DNA from: Octopus sinensis
Lineage: Eukaryota
Reading direction: 5' to 3'
DNA: 64,000 bases
NCBI RefSeq assembly: GCF_006345805.1
Contig: NC_043001.1
Coordinates: 129,084,001-129,148,000, forward strand
The notes under the pieces are model-generated. The model worked only from the letters and a program-made list of their open reading frames with translations. It was not told the origin of the DNA and did no database searches. Position 1 is the stretch's first letter. The number at the start of each line of letters is the position of its first letter. This document shows, piece by piece, positions 40,705 to 54,491 of this stretch. Made by a program: the position numbers and the translations under genes.

Positions 40705-40985
40705 TGCTGGAAAAAAAAACAAATAAAAATAAAAGAAATGTGATAAGAGTTATGACAACCCCTTGCAAGAGATAGACTGGTCCAAGTAAAGTATATATAG
40801 TAATGATCCGAGTTCAGAGTTGAGTGAAGTTCATGTTAGTTTGTAGGGAAGTCAGAAGGTGTCAGTTGGTTAGTTCACAAGGAATATTGATTGTTGGTTC
40901 ATAAAGAGATTTGTTAGTTCATTGCATTGCTGTTACTGTTGTCTGGTTATCTTATTTATTGTATGTAACAAATTACATTACAACA
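40705..40985 (+). repeat. 3' LTR (with a ~30-bp A-rich insert near its start)
   Basis: TGCTG...CAACA; matches the 5' LTR. Confidence 0.9.
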
Positions 40986-41759
40986 TCATATCGACCCTGA
41001 TGGGATTAAGGGAAAGTTGACCTCAGTGGAATTTATACTTAGAATATAAAAAGCCAGAAGAAAATGCCACATGATATCTAATGCAGGTGTGAGGCTAGCA
41101 ATTTTGAAGGGAGAGGATTAATCAATGAGGACTCTAGTACTAGGACAAGGATTAAGGTAGGATAAAGATCTTTCCTGAGCCATATAGACTCATCAGGCCA
41201 GTTTCCGTGATGTTTATATTCCTCTCTGGACAGGATGCTGGTCCGTCACAGAATTACTCATTTTTGCCAGTTGAGTGGACTGGAGCAACATGAAATGTAT
41301 TGTTTTGGTCAAGAACACATGTTACCTGGTCCAGGAATCGAAACCACAACCATATGATCATGTGTCCAACACCCTAACCACCAAGCCATGTACCTCCTTT
41401 GATTCTAGCCTAACACATAATTTTATCAACATCAGAAAAATGAAAAAGCAAATTTGGCTATGGTGGGACTTGAACTCATAAAATAAAGAAATGTAACTAA
41501 ATACAACTAGGTATGGTGGTGATTATATGCTAAAAGATGATGAAAGGCTGAATGAAAGGGATGGAGAAGGTGGGCTACAGTAGAAGCAATGTGGTTGGGT
41601 GTGGGTAGGTTTGGGTAGACTTATCTATGAAATTTCTGTTTATTAAATGTGGAAGCAAAAATGGTGAAATGTTAATCATAGAATGCAGCTGCTAAAAGAT
41701 CTTGGATGGAGATAGGTGCATGGTGATGATGGTAGTGGTGGTGGTGGTGGTTGTGAGAG

Positions 41760-42115
41760 GTGAGAAATGGGTTTGATGGAGAGAGAAAGGGATAACTAAG
41801 AGAAAGACTGAGAGGGAGTAAGGAGAGAAAGAGAGAGAGAGAGAGAGAGTGTATGTGTGTAAAAACGTATGAAGACTTGCAGAGTATACAGTAAGTTGTG
41901 TATCTGTATGTGAAACAGAAAGTGAAAGTGAATGAAAGAGTGCATGTAAGGAACAGAGGGGAGCAGGAGAAAGAGAGAAAGTTGAAAGGAGGGAAGTGAA
42001 AGTATATAAGAAAGAGAGAGTGAGCTTTAAATACATATGAAGATATATACTTGTAAAAAGATACATATATATATGTGTGTGTGTGTGTGTGCACGTATAT
42101 GTGTATATATATCTA

Positions 42116-42150
<35 letters not shown>

Positions 42151-42212
42151 GTATCAAATACACTTACACACAAACTTTACATCTTTTCTGTTTCTCAGCT
42201 TTATAAGTGAAA

Positions 42213-42245
<33 letters not shown>

Positions 42246-42760
42246 CGTGTACGTCTGCCCATGAAAGTGTTTATCTGTCTGTATAAAGAGATAGGTAAAG
42301 AAAGTATGACAGAAAGAAGGTAGTGAGCAAGCGTGAAAACAAAAGAAGAGAGAGAAAGAGAAAAAGAGAGAGGTGGGAAGAGAAAAGGTTTTGGATACAA
42401 GTGAAGATATGAGTGTGACAGAAAATGAGTTTTCTTGGAGAAAGAGAGGAAAAGTGCATTTGCAAGAGGGAGTGCACAAGAAAGTGCACAAGAACACAGA
42501 AAGGGAGGAAAAGTTAGATGTGTGTAATTATGTGTGTTTATGTATGTGTGTATTCAAATGTATGTAAGAGTGGTAGAAAAGGAGAGTGCATGAGTACTAG
42601 AGAAGAAAGAGATAAAGAGAAAGAGAGAGAGAAAAGACAGATAGAAAGAAGAGAGTTTTAAAAATATGAAAGTAAACATGAGCTATCACTGGAAGACATG
42701 GAGAAAGTGCAAGAAAGAGCGGTAAAGACAGAAAGAGTACAAAGGCTATAGATAAAATAA
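41760..42760. repeat. GA-rich / (TG)n low-complexity region
   Basis: Direct inspection. Confidence 0.8.
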
Positions 42761-42850
42761 AGGTGATATACCCTTATATTTTTACATATTTCCTCTTTCT
42801 TTTACACACACATATACACCCACACATAATACGACATATCTCTCTCTCAC

Positions 42851-43149
42851 CCTTTTCAAGCTTAGCCAGGCTCATGGGCCTGGTTTCCCGGTTTCTGTGG
42901 CGTATGTGTTCCCCCCAGTTGGACGGGATGCCAGTCCATTGCAGCGTTACTCAAGAAACAGGAAGACTGAGTGAGAGAAAGTTAGGGTGAAAGAGTACAA
43001 CAGGGGTCGCCACCACCCGCTGCCAGAGCCTTGTGGAGCTTTAGGTGTTTTTGCTCAATAAACACACACACAATGCCCGGTCTGGGGATCAAAACCATGA
43101 TCCTCTGACCACGAGTCTGCTACCCTAACCACTGAGCCAATGCACCTCC
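42851..43149 (-). mobile_element. SINE family C
   Basis: Reverse complement of the 20127 copy. Confidence 0.85.
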
Positions 43150-43344
43150 AATATGACATATAGAAAGGCATATATGCACTGACAAACACACACATTTGGA
43201 TTCGTGCATTTAGACATAAAGATGCAGGTATAGGCTGTATGTTGTCACGTTCACTCTGCAACCACATGGTTTTTAGTTCAAACACAATGTGTGGTGCACT
43301 TTAAGCAAATATCTTCCCCTATAATCCTAAATTGACCAATACAT

Positions 43345-43660
43345 ACATCATCATCATTTAATATCTGTTTTCCATGCTGGCATGGGTTGGATGGTTTGAC
43401 CAGACCTGGCAAGATGGAGAGCTGCACCAGATCCTGGTCTGATGTGTCTTGGTTTCTATGGTTGTACAGCCTTTCTAACACCAACTACTTTGTAGAGTGT
43501 GCTGGATGATATTTTAAGTGACACCAGCACAGGTGACTTTTATGCAGCCCAGTGTATGGGTGCTTTTTATGTGGAGCTGGCACTGAGTGCTTTTCACACA
43601 ACACTGACACAAGTGCATTTTTATGTGGTATTGGCATGGATAACTTTTACATGGCACCAA
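43345..43660 (-). mobile_element. Family D (RTE 3' UTR), degenerate
   Basis: catcatcatttaatatc...ccatgctggcatgggttggatgg...gtgctttttatgtg. Confidence 0.7.
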
Positions 43661-45683
43661 CACAAGTGCTCTTTGTGTGGCATGGATGATCAACTTCATT
43701 ATAGTTTCATGTCTGTTTTCAAAATTGGAAAAATTTGGACAGGTCATCATAGTCTTAAACAGTTCTTATTCAGGATCATTGTTCTACATGACAGATCAAG
43801 GGACTACGTCTTGCTCATGTGTTGTCAAATTTGGCATGATTTCTAGATGCAGGTGTGACTGTGTGATTTAGAAGCTTGCTTCTCAACCATGCGGTCATGA
43901 GTTCAATCCCACTGTGCAGTACCTTCTACTATAGTCCTGGGATGACCAAAGCCTTGTCAGTGAATTTGGGCAGATGGAAACTGGTTCCAAATATCTCTTC
44001 CCTCACAGATTGTAACTCATCATAGCATTTAGTAGAATATCACCTGATGAAATGGAGTGGTTACATAATAAGATGAAATTATGTAAAATTATCTAATATG
44101 GTATAATAAAGACATATAATGATGTTTTTAAGTATCCATTCGTTTTTATTTATTATCTATGTACCTTGTATATGTGTGTGTGTGTGTGTGGATGTGTTGC
44201 ATGTGTCTGTGTGTACCCTTGTCTAGACATCAGATGATGATTGTAAAGGAACATCACCATCATACAAGCAATGTTCCTTTCGAGTCTTCAATGAATAACA
44301 TGTCTGGCCATGATGATATATTAGCTTGCTTGAAAACAGATGAGAGTTGGCAGCAAAAAGGACATCCAACGCTGGTAAATCTACCTTAGTAAATTCTGTC
44401 TGACTCATGCAAACTATGGAAAAGTGGACATTAAATAATGACGATGATGATACCCTTCATGATACCAACCCCTTTAGAAAGTGTACTAGACACATTTTAT
44501 CTTGTCACCAGCACTAGAGACGTTGTAGTTTCCTTAACACAGGAGTAAAGGATCTTCTCAAATCTGTATTCTCTCTCTACCCATTCAGCAATCACTTTAC
44601 AGAATCAACACAATTTCACTTACAAGGCACTGGTTAACTCAGCAACACAGTAAATGATGCTCGTACAGGAGGCCTCACAGTGGGATTGAAACTGGTATCT
44701 TGTAATTGAGAAGCAGACTTCTTAATCATTTGGCCATGGTGCATCCATGTTTCAAGCACACATGCACGTGCGTGCATCCATGCGCACACACATACACACA
44801 CACACACATACAAAGACATGGACTGGGGATCTAATCCAAGTATACCCATTCTCATATACTTATGTAATAATATACATTAATGATGAAACACATAAACTAA
44901 GGACCATATTGTCTTGCCCTCATACATGCACATACCCACACACTTACTCCCAGACTGACTGAGAATCTAATCCACGTATACACACACACTCACACACACA
45001 AATGCAATAGTATACACATAGAGATGAAACACAAAAACATGCACATGCATGCACACACACACATGTATATGCTTGCACACACATATGTATATACATGCAC
45101 ACACATATATGCATGCACACACACACACACAATAAGGAGCATACCCTGACACGGGAAATATGGATTGCATCCTCTCCTTCATTCCCTTTCTCTCTCATGT
45201 CACACACACACACACACACACAAGTGCACACACACACACGCACACATATGTGCATGCACGTACACACACATTACACACACCACGCACACACGTGTACACG
45301 GAAAACATGAATATCATTTACCTAGTGATTCAACACAGGAAATTAAATAATAAATTCTTAGATATTTAATTTAAACTATTGAAATTGTTAAATAAAAAAT
45401 ACAAAAGGAGCCTATAGGTGGTTGTACAGTCTGCTAGACATAGCAGGCAAGTCCTTCTTTTGCTTTAAAAATCAATGAAAGGACACAGTAGTATAGTTTT
45501 AGATATATTATAAGAGAGGCCAGTCATAGCAGGAACACCTTTGATCATAAATCCATTTAATCAGGATTGGCCCCGGGGCTAAACTGCAACAAGAACAACA
45601 ACAGGAAATTGATAATAAATTCTCAAATCTTTAATTGAAACTGTTTAAAACCTTGAATTTGAAATATATTTAATTAAATATAT

Positions 45684-45803
<120 letters not shown>

Positions 45804-45979
45804 TATATATATATAATATATATATGTATGTTTGTATGTATGTATGTATGTTTGTATATTTAATTAAATATATTAATTAAATATATACATATATATAAAT
45901 ATACATACATACATATATATATATATATAGAATTCATATACATATATATATTTATATACACCCATACATATACATACAA

Positions 45980-46021
<42 letters not shown>

Positions 46022-46243
46022 TATATATAATATATATATGTATATATATATATATGTATATATGTATGTATATATATATACATTCATACATACATACATA
46101 TATATATATAAATACATGTATGCACATGCACACACACACACACATACAAATGTGAATATAAATGCTAAAGATGTTCAACTAAGCGTGGCTCTGTGGTAAA
46201 ATGCTGTTTTCCAACTACGTGGCCCTAGGTTCAGTCCCACTGG

Positions 46244-47202
46244 TGGTCCGCAAGGTTCTGAGCTGAAGATTGTAGCCTTATTGATAAAGAGCGATCAGGC
46301 AGACCATCCACTACAGATGATGACCAAATCAAGTTATTAATTGAGATTAACCAACATTGCACAAGCCAAGAAGTGGCAGAAAGCCTCAACCTATCAAAAT
46401 CCGTCATTCATGAGCACCTGGTAAAGCTTGGGTACACAAATCGCTACGATGTTTGGGTACCACATGAGTTGAGTGAGATGAACCTTTTGGATCACATTTC
46501 TATCTGTGATTTGCCTTATAAATGGAATGAAAATACGCCTCTTTAAAGCAAATTGTGACAGGTGATGAGAAATGGATTATCTACCAAAATGTTCAGAGAA
46601 AGTGATCCTGGAGTAAGTGACATGAGCCACCCTTAGCCACCCTGAAAGCAGGTTTTCACCCTAAAAAAGTCTTACTTTGTGTCTGGTGGGATTGGAAAGG
46701 AATTCTGTACTATTAGCTTCTACCAAGTAACCAGAAAATTAATTCTGAGAAATACTGCACACAACTGGATGGATGGGTTAAAAGCAGCAATTCAAGAGAA
46801 ATGTCCAGAATTGGCCAATAGGAAGGGTGTTGTTTTCCAACATGATAATGCAAGACCGCATGTTTCTTTGAGAACCAGACAAAAATTGCTGCAGCTCGGC
46901 TGGAATGTGTTTCTCCACCCTCCATATTCACCAGATATTGTTCCTTTGGATTTACACTTATTCAGGTCTCTTCAGAATAGTCTTAATGGTAAAAATTTCA
47001 ATTCCTTGGATGACGTAAAAAGATACCTTGATGAATTCTTTGCCATGAAACCACCTCAATTCTGGAAAGAGGGTATTTTCAAGTTAAAGGAAAGATGGAG
47101 ATGCATTGTGCAACAAAATGGTTCATATTTGGTTGATTAAAAATGTAATGGCAAGTATTTATTGACCTTTTTCTTGGCACGAACTTTCGGGACAACCCAA
47201 TA
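46244..47202 (+). mobile_element. Mariner (D,D34D) transposon, 5'-truncated pseudogene with 3' TIR and TA
   Basis: RSGRP, WVPHEL, IVTGDEKW, HDNARPH, YSPDIVPLD (34 residues between the last two Ds); TIR gcacgaactttcgggacaacccaa-ta at 47177-47202; stops and frameshifts. Confidence 0.95.
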
Positions 47203-47225
47203 TATATATATATATATATATATAT

Positions 47226-47349
47226 GCTTCCGACGAAGAGCTCCGCTCGAAACGTCATACCCTCCTTCTTACCTTTTTCCTGACCGCCTAATAATAATAC
47301 TTTAATTGTTCCACGTGTTGTTGTTTTTTCTGTTTTCCTGTTTGGATTA

Positions 47350-47352
<3 letters not shown>
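47226..47352 (+). mobile_element. Penelope-like terminal fragment between (TA)n tracts, with minimal hammerhead-like core
   Basis: CCGACGA-a-gagc-tcc-gctc-GAAAC-GTC at 47230-47257. Confidence 0.6.
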
Positions 47353-47419
<67 letters not shown>

Positions 47420-48244
47420 ATACGTATTTATGTATGTATGCATGTATGTATACAATGGGCTTCCAAACAATTCTCATCCACCAAATTCACTTCATATCCA
47501 TACTCGCTCTGACCATAAACTTGTCCAAGGTGCTGTGCAATGGGACTGAACTCAAAACCATATGATTGCAAATTGACATCATAACCACACAGTCATGCCT
47601 GCAGGTCCTTTTTTTGTTTTCATTTTTTTTAGACAATCTATAAAAGAGTGATTTCATTCAGAATCAAATAATTAATAAATAAATAAATAGACAATGGTTT
47701 GTGAAACTTAAGACTTGAGCAAGGGTCTAAATTACAAAATATTTTTGAATATGGCTGAAGGTTTGTTTCATTTAGGGTTATAATAATAAGTTTGGTCATC
47801 AGTAAAATTATTCAGTAATGAATAAAACATAACTACAACAAAACCACCGGTACCTCTTGCCACTGCCATCAACATCTCCACCACCATCGCCATCACCACT
47901 ACCACCTCCACCACCACCACCACCACCAACAACAACAATACCAGCTGCTGCTGCTGCTGCTACTACTACTACAACCATCACTACCACCAGCAGCATCTAG
48001 CAGATGCTGTTAATACTGCTTGTGCTAATACATTCAGGGAAACAAGATTAACTTTCCTATCCACATTATCTCTTGTGACTATTATATATATACATATATA
48101 TATATATGCCTGTGTGTGTGTGTGTGTCTATGCACAAATATATAAACATATATTCACATTCAGATACACACACACACACACACACACACACGTATATATT
48201 TATGTGTATGTGTGTGCATACATGCATACAAGAGTGTATGCATG

Positions 48245-48303
<59 letters not shown>

Positions 48304-48363
48304 ATATATAATGTGCTCTCATATGTACAGACATAAAACATGATGCACATTCATAATGACAAT

Positions 48364-48405
<42 letters not shown>

Positions 48406-49146
48406 TTTAGTATTAAATGATTATGATTATAATGATTATGATGATGATGATGATGATGATGATTCACTGATTCACACACCATGTGTGCATACTGCCACAC
48501 ACATGTAAATGCAAGCATGTTTGAATACAAGTGACAGTTGGAATTAAATTTAAAGAAACAAGTTGGTGTGAAGGAATTAGTTTAGAAAGTTCCTCAATTT
48601 GTAAAAAAAAAATAAAAAAAAAAAAAAAAAACAACAACAAATAAAAAAAGCAAGACAAAAAAAAAAACCCCCCAAAGTGCTAGTCTTCATTGGTGCCAAG
48701 CTGGTGCCATTAGTCTAACATTGCATGATGGCTAGAGGCTGATGGGTGGGGTAGGGGGGGGGTAGGATGAGCTGATAATTTATTCAGGCTGTTTAGTGTC
48801 TGTCTTCATTGATATGATATAATAGATCCCCCCCCCCCGTGTAAAATAAAGCGTGTAGTGAGAGCTTTGAAATAACGGAGGGCAGGGTTGTACTGGTAGC
48901 TGGAATAGAGGGTCGAAAAGACATTATTAAGGTATATTGTATCTATATCTTGTTACTCGCTCCCGCTGTTTCTTCCTTCTCCCTTTGTTGGTGGTTTTGA
49001 GACTGGACTTTGCAGCAAAATCCCTATAAAAGTAACAGGGGTGGTGGGAAAGAAATGGTGAGGTGTAACATAAGACATGGATAGGATGGTTTGATAGCTT
49101 TGCAGATTTGCTGATTTTATTTAGTGTTTGTATGAAAATATGGAGT

Positions 49147-49392
49147 GGAGGCACGTGGCTTAGTGGTTAGGGTGTCGGCATCATGATCGTGAGATTGTGG
49201 TTTCGATTCCTGGACCAGGTGACACGTTGTGTTCTTGAGCAAAACACTTCATTTCATGTTGCTCCAGTCCACTCAGCTGGCAAAAGTGAGTATCCCTGCA
49301 ATGAACTGGTGTCCCGTCCAGCTGGGGAACACATATGCCACAGAAACCGAAAAACCAGGCTCAAGAGCCTGGCTAGGCTTTAAAAAGGGGCG
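49147..49392 (+). mobile_element. SINE family C-related copy
   Basis: ggaggcacgtggcttagtggttagg A-box, gtttcgattcc B-box; tail shared with 20127 and 42851. Confidence 0.85.
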
Positions 49393-49774
49393 CATTTTAT
49401 TTTATGAAAATATGAGGGAGGGGGGTAAACATTTTAAATTTATATTCTTTCTCTCTTCTTCACACACACACACACACATACACACACACACACTCTCTCT
49501 CTGTATGTCTCTCCATCACTAAACTTTACAATGTTCACATTGCAAAGACTGCTTCTCCACTACACTGCAGAAACCCCTAGCATCTTTCAAGAAAGGTAGA
49601 TAGATTGATAAATAGTTATATAAATAAACAAAAAAGGGAGATAAACAACAATAGGCATAATAAGGGTATTTACATGGAAAGCTGCATATTCAAATAAACG
49701 AATGAGGTATATCAAGTCTTATCTTTACAGCCGTTTCGGATAAACATTGACTGGTGTCAAATCCGTGTATAATA

Positions 49775-49988
49775 CAGGGTGCTAAAAAGTTCCTAGCCTT
49801 AAGGGTATCGTGAAAGGCTTGATTGGAGGCCTAACCTTCTGAGTTCTTTTATAGGGTTTAGAAAAACTGAAGGACTGCTGCAATAAGTGCATGAATCTGA
49901 GAGGGGAATATGCTGACTAAAATCATAATTAACTGATCCTCTTGTATTTTCTTTTACTCAAAGCCAGGAACTTTTCAGCACCCCCTCT
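49775..49988 (+). mobile_element. Mariner-derived MITE (~215 bp), TA-flanked
   Basis: TIRs cagggtgctaaaaagttcctagcc / gccaggaacttttcagcaccccctc; retains transposase C-terminal codons GLEKLKDCCNKCMNLRGEYAD*. Confidence 0.8.
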
Positions 49989-50235
49989 TACTCTTTTACT
50001 ATTTTACTTGTTTCAGTCATTTGACTGTGCCATGCTGGAGCACCGCCTTTAGTCAAGCAAATCGACCCTAGGACTTATTCTTTTGTAAGCCCAGTACTTA
50101 TTCTATCGGTCTCTTTTGCCGAACCGCTAAGTTACGGGGACGTAAACACACCAGCATCAGTTGTCAAGCGATGTTGGGGGGACAAACACAGACACACAAA
50201 CATACACACATACATATATATATATATACACACAT
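49989..50235 (-). mobile_element. SINE family B, 3' half
   Basis: tactcttttact...gcggcc/gtgccatgctggagcaccgcc core. Confidence 0.88.
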
Positions 50236-50381
50236 ATATTCTTATGTTATAAAGTCCAAAAATATTGTAAGTATATGGATTAATATGGATTTTTAGGGAT
50301 CTGCGATGTGAAATCATGTTATCGTCATCAGAAGAGTTTGGCAAAGAGTGTAATGTACAGTTAGTAATTTTTCTGTTGTAA

Positions 50382-50830
50382 GCACAAGGCCTGGAATTTT
50401 GGTGGAAGGGGATAGTCAATTTCATCAACTTCAGTGCTCAACTGGTATTTATTTTATTGGCGGTGAGCTGGCAGAAACGTTAGTGTGCCCAGCGAAATGC
50501 TTAGCGGTATTTCGTCTGGCGTAATGTTGTGAGTTCAAATTCCGCTGAGGTCGACTTTGCCTTTCATCCTTTCGGGATCGATAAATTAAGTACCAGTTAC
50601 ACACTGGGGTCGATGTAATCAACTTAATACCTATGTCTGTCCTTGTTTGTCCTCTCTATGTTTAACCCCTTGTGGGTAATAAAGAAATAGGTATTTATTT
50701 TATTGATCCTGAGAGGATGAGATGAAAGGCAAAGTCCTGAGTTCAAATTCCTTGGTGGAATTTGAACTCAGAATATAAATATGGATGAAATGCTGCTAAG
50801 CATTTAACCTGGCCTGCTAACGGTTCTGCC
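50382..50830 (-). mobile_element. Older SINE family A copy split by a nested young copy
   Basis: Halves 50382-50458 and 50690-50830 rejoin at the TSD. Confidence 0.75.
50459..50689 (+). mobile_element. SINE family A, full length, 15-bp TSD ggtatttattttatt
   Basis: TSD at 50444-50458 and 50690-50704. Confidence 0.95.
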
Positions 50831-50959
50831 ACCTCACAGACAGCATAAAAGCAAAAGCAGAAAAAAAAATACAGATAAAATAGGTCATCAAAATAAAAAA
50901 GCTAGATCAAAAGAAGGCTAGTGTCTCATGAAGAGGAGATTAACAGTGAGAGATGAAGT

Positions 50960-51455
50960 ATTGTAGTAGGCAGTCAACATGGAGATACAAGTGGGTGCAT
51001 AGCATGGAGTAAATCAAGGTCAGTCACAGAGATAAAATAGAAGTGAATAAAAAATATATAGGAGCCATTAATAAGGTATCAGTTACACCAAATTTACAGG
51101 TTAATTGGATGGGAGGGAGCAGAGGATGTATGGTGTGCTGGTAGGAGAGGGTGGAGTAGGAAAACCAAGAGAAAACTTCAAGTTTGGCTAGTTTAGCAAT
51201 ACAGGAGTATAGTTGTTAAGGAAGAAATATTACAAATGAAGGGTATAGTAGAGAAGAAGTCTTAGTTTATACAGTTAGAACATAAGGATTTATGGTAGTG
51301 AGAGAACATTTTATAAAATTTATGTTTGCAGAGGTAATTACATCAAAGAAGTGATTGAGGAGGGAGACCATGTTCCGATATAATATAGTGAGTGACTCAC
51401 AAAACAAGTCACAAGGTACATCCTCTACTTCTTTTGTATAGAATTCCACCATCAA
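50960..51455 (-). mobile_element. Possible very old CR1/L2-type RT remnant
   Basis: GVTDTLLMAPIYFLF...LHVDC weakly echoes GVPQGSVL.P.LF...YADD. Confidence 0.3.
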
Positions 51456-52559
51456 CTACATACCAGGAGATGTTATAGGGGCATATTCTCAGCTTTAAAG
51501 TGGAGGGTTTTCTTGAGCAGTTAATTCATTGAACTACTCAATGAATTAGCTTGTAAGTGGCTGAGTATTCTACAAAAACTTATACTCTTAACATAATTCT
51601 CAGGCAATTCATTATTGTGGCAATTCATTTCATCTGGTGGGATTCAGTGGTTTCCAACTGTCAAATTTCACTTATAAAGCTACAATTATCCCAAGGCTAT
51701 AATAAAAAAACAACTCTTGCTTAAGAGACCATGCAATGGGATCAAACCCAGGATCTCATGGTTGTAAGGTGAACTTCTTCACCAGTTGAAGCTCTGATGA
51801 AGCTATTGAGGAACACACAAGCACTCAACTATGAGTGCATTGCAACTTATAGCAGAAACAGCTGTAAGCTAATGAAGTTCATTAGATAATTTCATGTTCC
51901 TTTGTCATTTTAATTGCTTATTACTGCCCTATACTCGACTGACACTTTGTTCTGAAGTATATGTATATTGAGTTCTAATGCCAGGTTATTAGTATAACTA
52001 TGCCTAAGTGAAATAATAAAATATATATGCGTATGTGTGCATGTGTTCTTGAGTGTATACTTTAACCAGTTTATATGGATGGAAGCATGTGTGTGTACAA
52101 CGATATAATTGTACGTTAATGAATCTGATCCCTTCCTTGGAAAAGGAAGAAGTTGTTCAGTGTTAATTGAACATAAAGTCCATTAAGCTTTAATTTGAAG
52201 AGATTTTATTAAGATTTAATTGAAATTCAGTCCCACTGAATATTAGTAGTTAAAAGTGTTTGTATGTAGTTGACAGATGAAATTTTAATTATCTCTTTAG
52301 GTGTAGTAGTTTGGATAAATGTTAACTCAACTTTTCTATTAGACTGCAAGTAAATACCCACAAAGTTTGGTTGCAACCTGAGTTAATCTTGCGCAACACT
52401 ATTTGAAAGTACAATTGGGATGTTGAGTGTTCTTTAGGAGAAGATTCAAGCACCCAGCAAACTGAGTCTGCCTCTCATTCAAGGGTATTTCTCAAGGGTT
52501 TTAACAGCATCAAATCAAAATAAAAAGCTCTCAAAAACTGGCTTTGATCAAAATTAGAA

Positions 52560-52812
52560 ATCATCATCATCGTTTAACGTCCACTTTCCATGCTAGCATG
52601 GGTTGGACGATTTTGACTGAGGGCTGGCGAACCAGATAGTTGCACCAGTCTCCAATCTTGATCTGGCAGAGTTTCTACAGCTCGATGCCCTTCCTAACGC
52701 CAACTACTCCGAGAGTGTAGTGTGTGCTTTTTACGTGCCACTGGCACAGGGGCCAGTCAGGCAGTACTGGCAACGAGCTCGCTCGAATCCTTTTACACAT
52801 GCCACCAGCATG
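52560..52812 (-). mobile_element. Family D (RTE 3' UTR)
   Basis: catcatcatcgtttaacgtccactttccatgctagcatgggttggacg. Confidence 0.85.
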
Positions 52813-53779
52813 TTTTAGAAATGTTTTATTTAATTAGGCATAATGATGGGATGGTACACGTGTGGGTCAAACATTTATAGTATATTAGTGAGAAATTTCA
52901 TGCCAATAGATCTCCTATAGCCAAGGATGTTTGGATACATAGAAAAAAACCCACTGTTCCTGATGAAAGACCAGTATCCTCTTGCAGGGCTATCTTGAGC
53001 TTTGTACAAAGTTAGTAACTGTTGGGAGCAAAATTATCTTTTGGTCCTGAAAAATGAAGGGCTGGTCCTTGTGATAGATCTTCAGTGATGGTGAGGCATT
53101 GCATTACATCTTTGTACCACTGGAGGAGACAAAATTTGCATGTCTCTAGTGGAGAAGTGAGTCAATTAACCAAAGAAAGAGGCAAATTAATTTTATTATT
53201 TTAGGCTATCAGTAGTTTGTCCTTGTTATTATTCTTTAGGCCCAGTTTAACCTTTATTAACAAGCTTCTAATCAAAGGTGTTCCAGGTATGACCATCTAA
53301 GCTTTTTGTATGTCAGGTGGACATAGACCACTAAATGCTTTGTTATTTAAGATGGTAGGGTGTGTGAAGTATGAAGGAGGTTTGACTGCTGTTTCTAGCA
53401 GATTAAGTGATGGTGTAGGAATGGTCTTGTTGGGTGGCTGATAATCACTGCAGCATGAAGAAGAAGAAACAATGATAGCTGTAACAATAGCAGCAACAAC
53501 AACAATAAGAGTAGGAAAAAAGCTAATGAAAATAGGAAGAAGAGGAGGAGAAGCAGGTGGAGGAAGAAAGGAGAAGAAGAGGAAAAGGAGAGGAGGAGGC
53601 GAGAATGAAGAAGAAAAAGAAGAAAAGAATGTTTGGCAGATGATGTGGAATAAGAAAAGAAACCTGTAATAGAGAAAAGAATAAGAAGTATAACAACAAC
53701 AAGAACACTGAGAATAACAACAAGATCCTTAATAAGAGCAACAAGAATGCCCACCCAGACACACACACACTTACACACA

Positions 53780-53812
<33 letters not shown>

Positions 53813-54189
53813 GCATTCACACACACATATATGCATTCACACACTCGAGTGTGCTTTCTCTCTCTCTCTCTCACGTACACACACGCGCCACCCTGACAGT
53901 CATATTTTAAAGGAGTTAATGATTAAACAAAATAATTTTAAAACATATATCTTAAGTTCAACATTTCAGAAGAGAAAAAAAAAAACCTCCCCAAAAAAGT
54001 AAACAAAAAATATTGAAAAGACGTTAAAAAAATGAATGGAAAAAAAAACAATGTAGTTTTCAGTGAAAAACCCCAAAACAAAACAAAAACAAAAACTCAT
54101 AGAAAACAAATAGAAAAATAAACAAACAAATAAACTAATCAATGGAGGTATTATTGGAAATACCCAAACACTAATGAAACACAATTATA

Positions 54190-54458
54190 AGATCCTACCC
54201 ACCACTGTCACCACCACCACCACCACCACCACCACAACTATCATCCCATTCAAAAGAAGAAACATTGTGGAGACAACCAGAAGAAACCCCTCCATACTAC
54301 TAATAATGACAACGATGGAGAAGATGATGATGATGGTGGTAGTAGTAGTAGTAGTAATAATAGTAATAATAATAATGATAATAATAATAATGATGATGAT
54401 GATGATAATAATGGTGATGATGATGATGATGATAATGATGATGATGATGATGTTGATG

Positions 54459-54491
<33 letters not shown>

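Larger units (their letters stand above)
37195..40985 (+). mobile_element. Ty3/Gypsy LTR retrotransposon, decayed and internally deleted
   Basis: Two LTRs (TG...CA), PBS, PPT, gag, RT (YLDD), RNase H and integrase remnants with many stops and frameshifts. Confidence 0.95.

Noticed and set aside
37190-40990. Target-site duplication of the Gypsy element
   Set aside because: Flanks ctatg and tcata do not match; the TSD cannot be called
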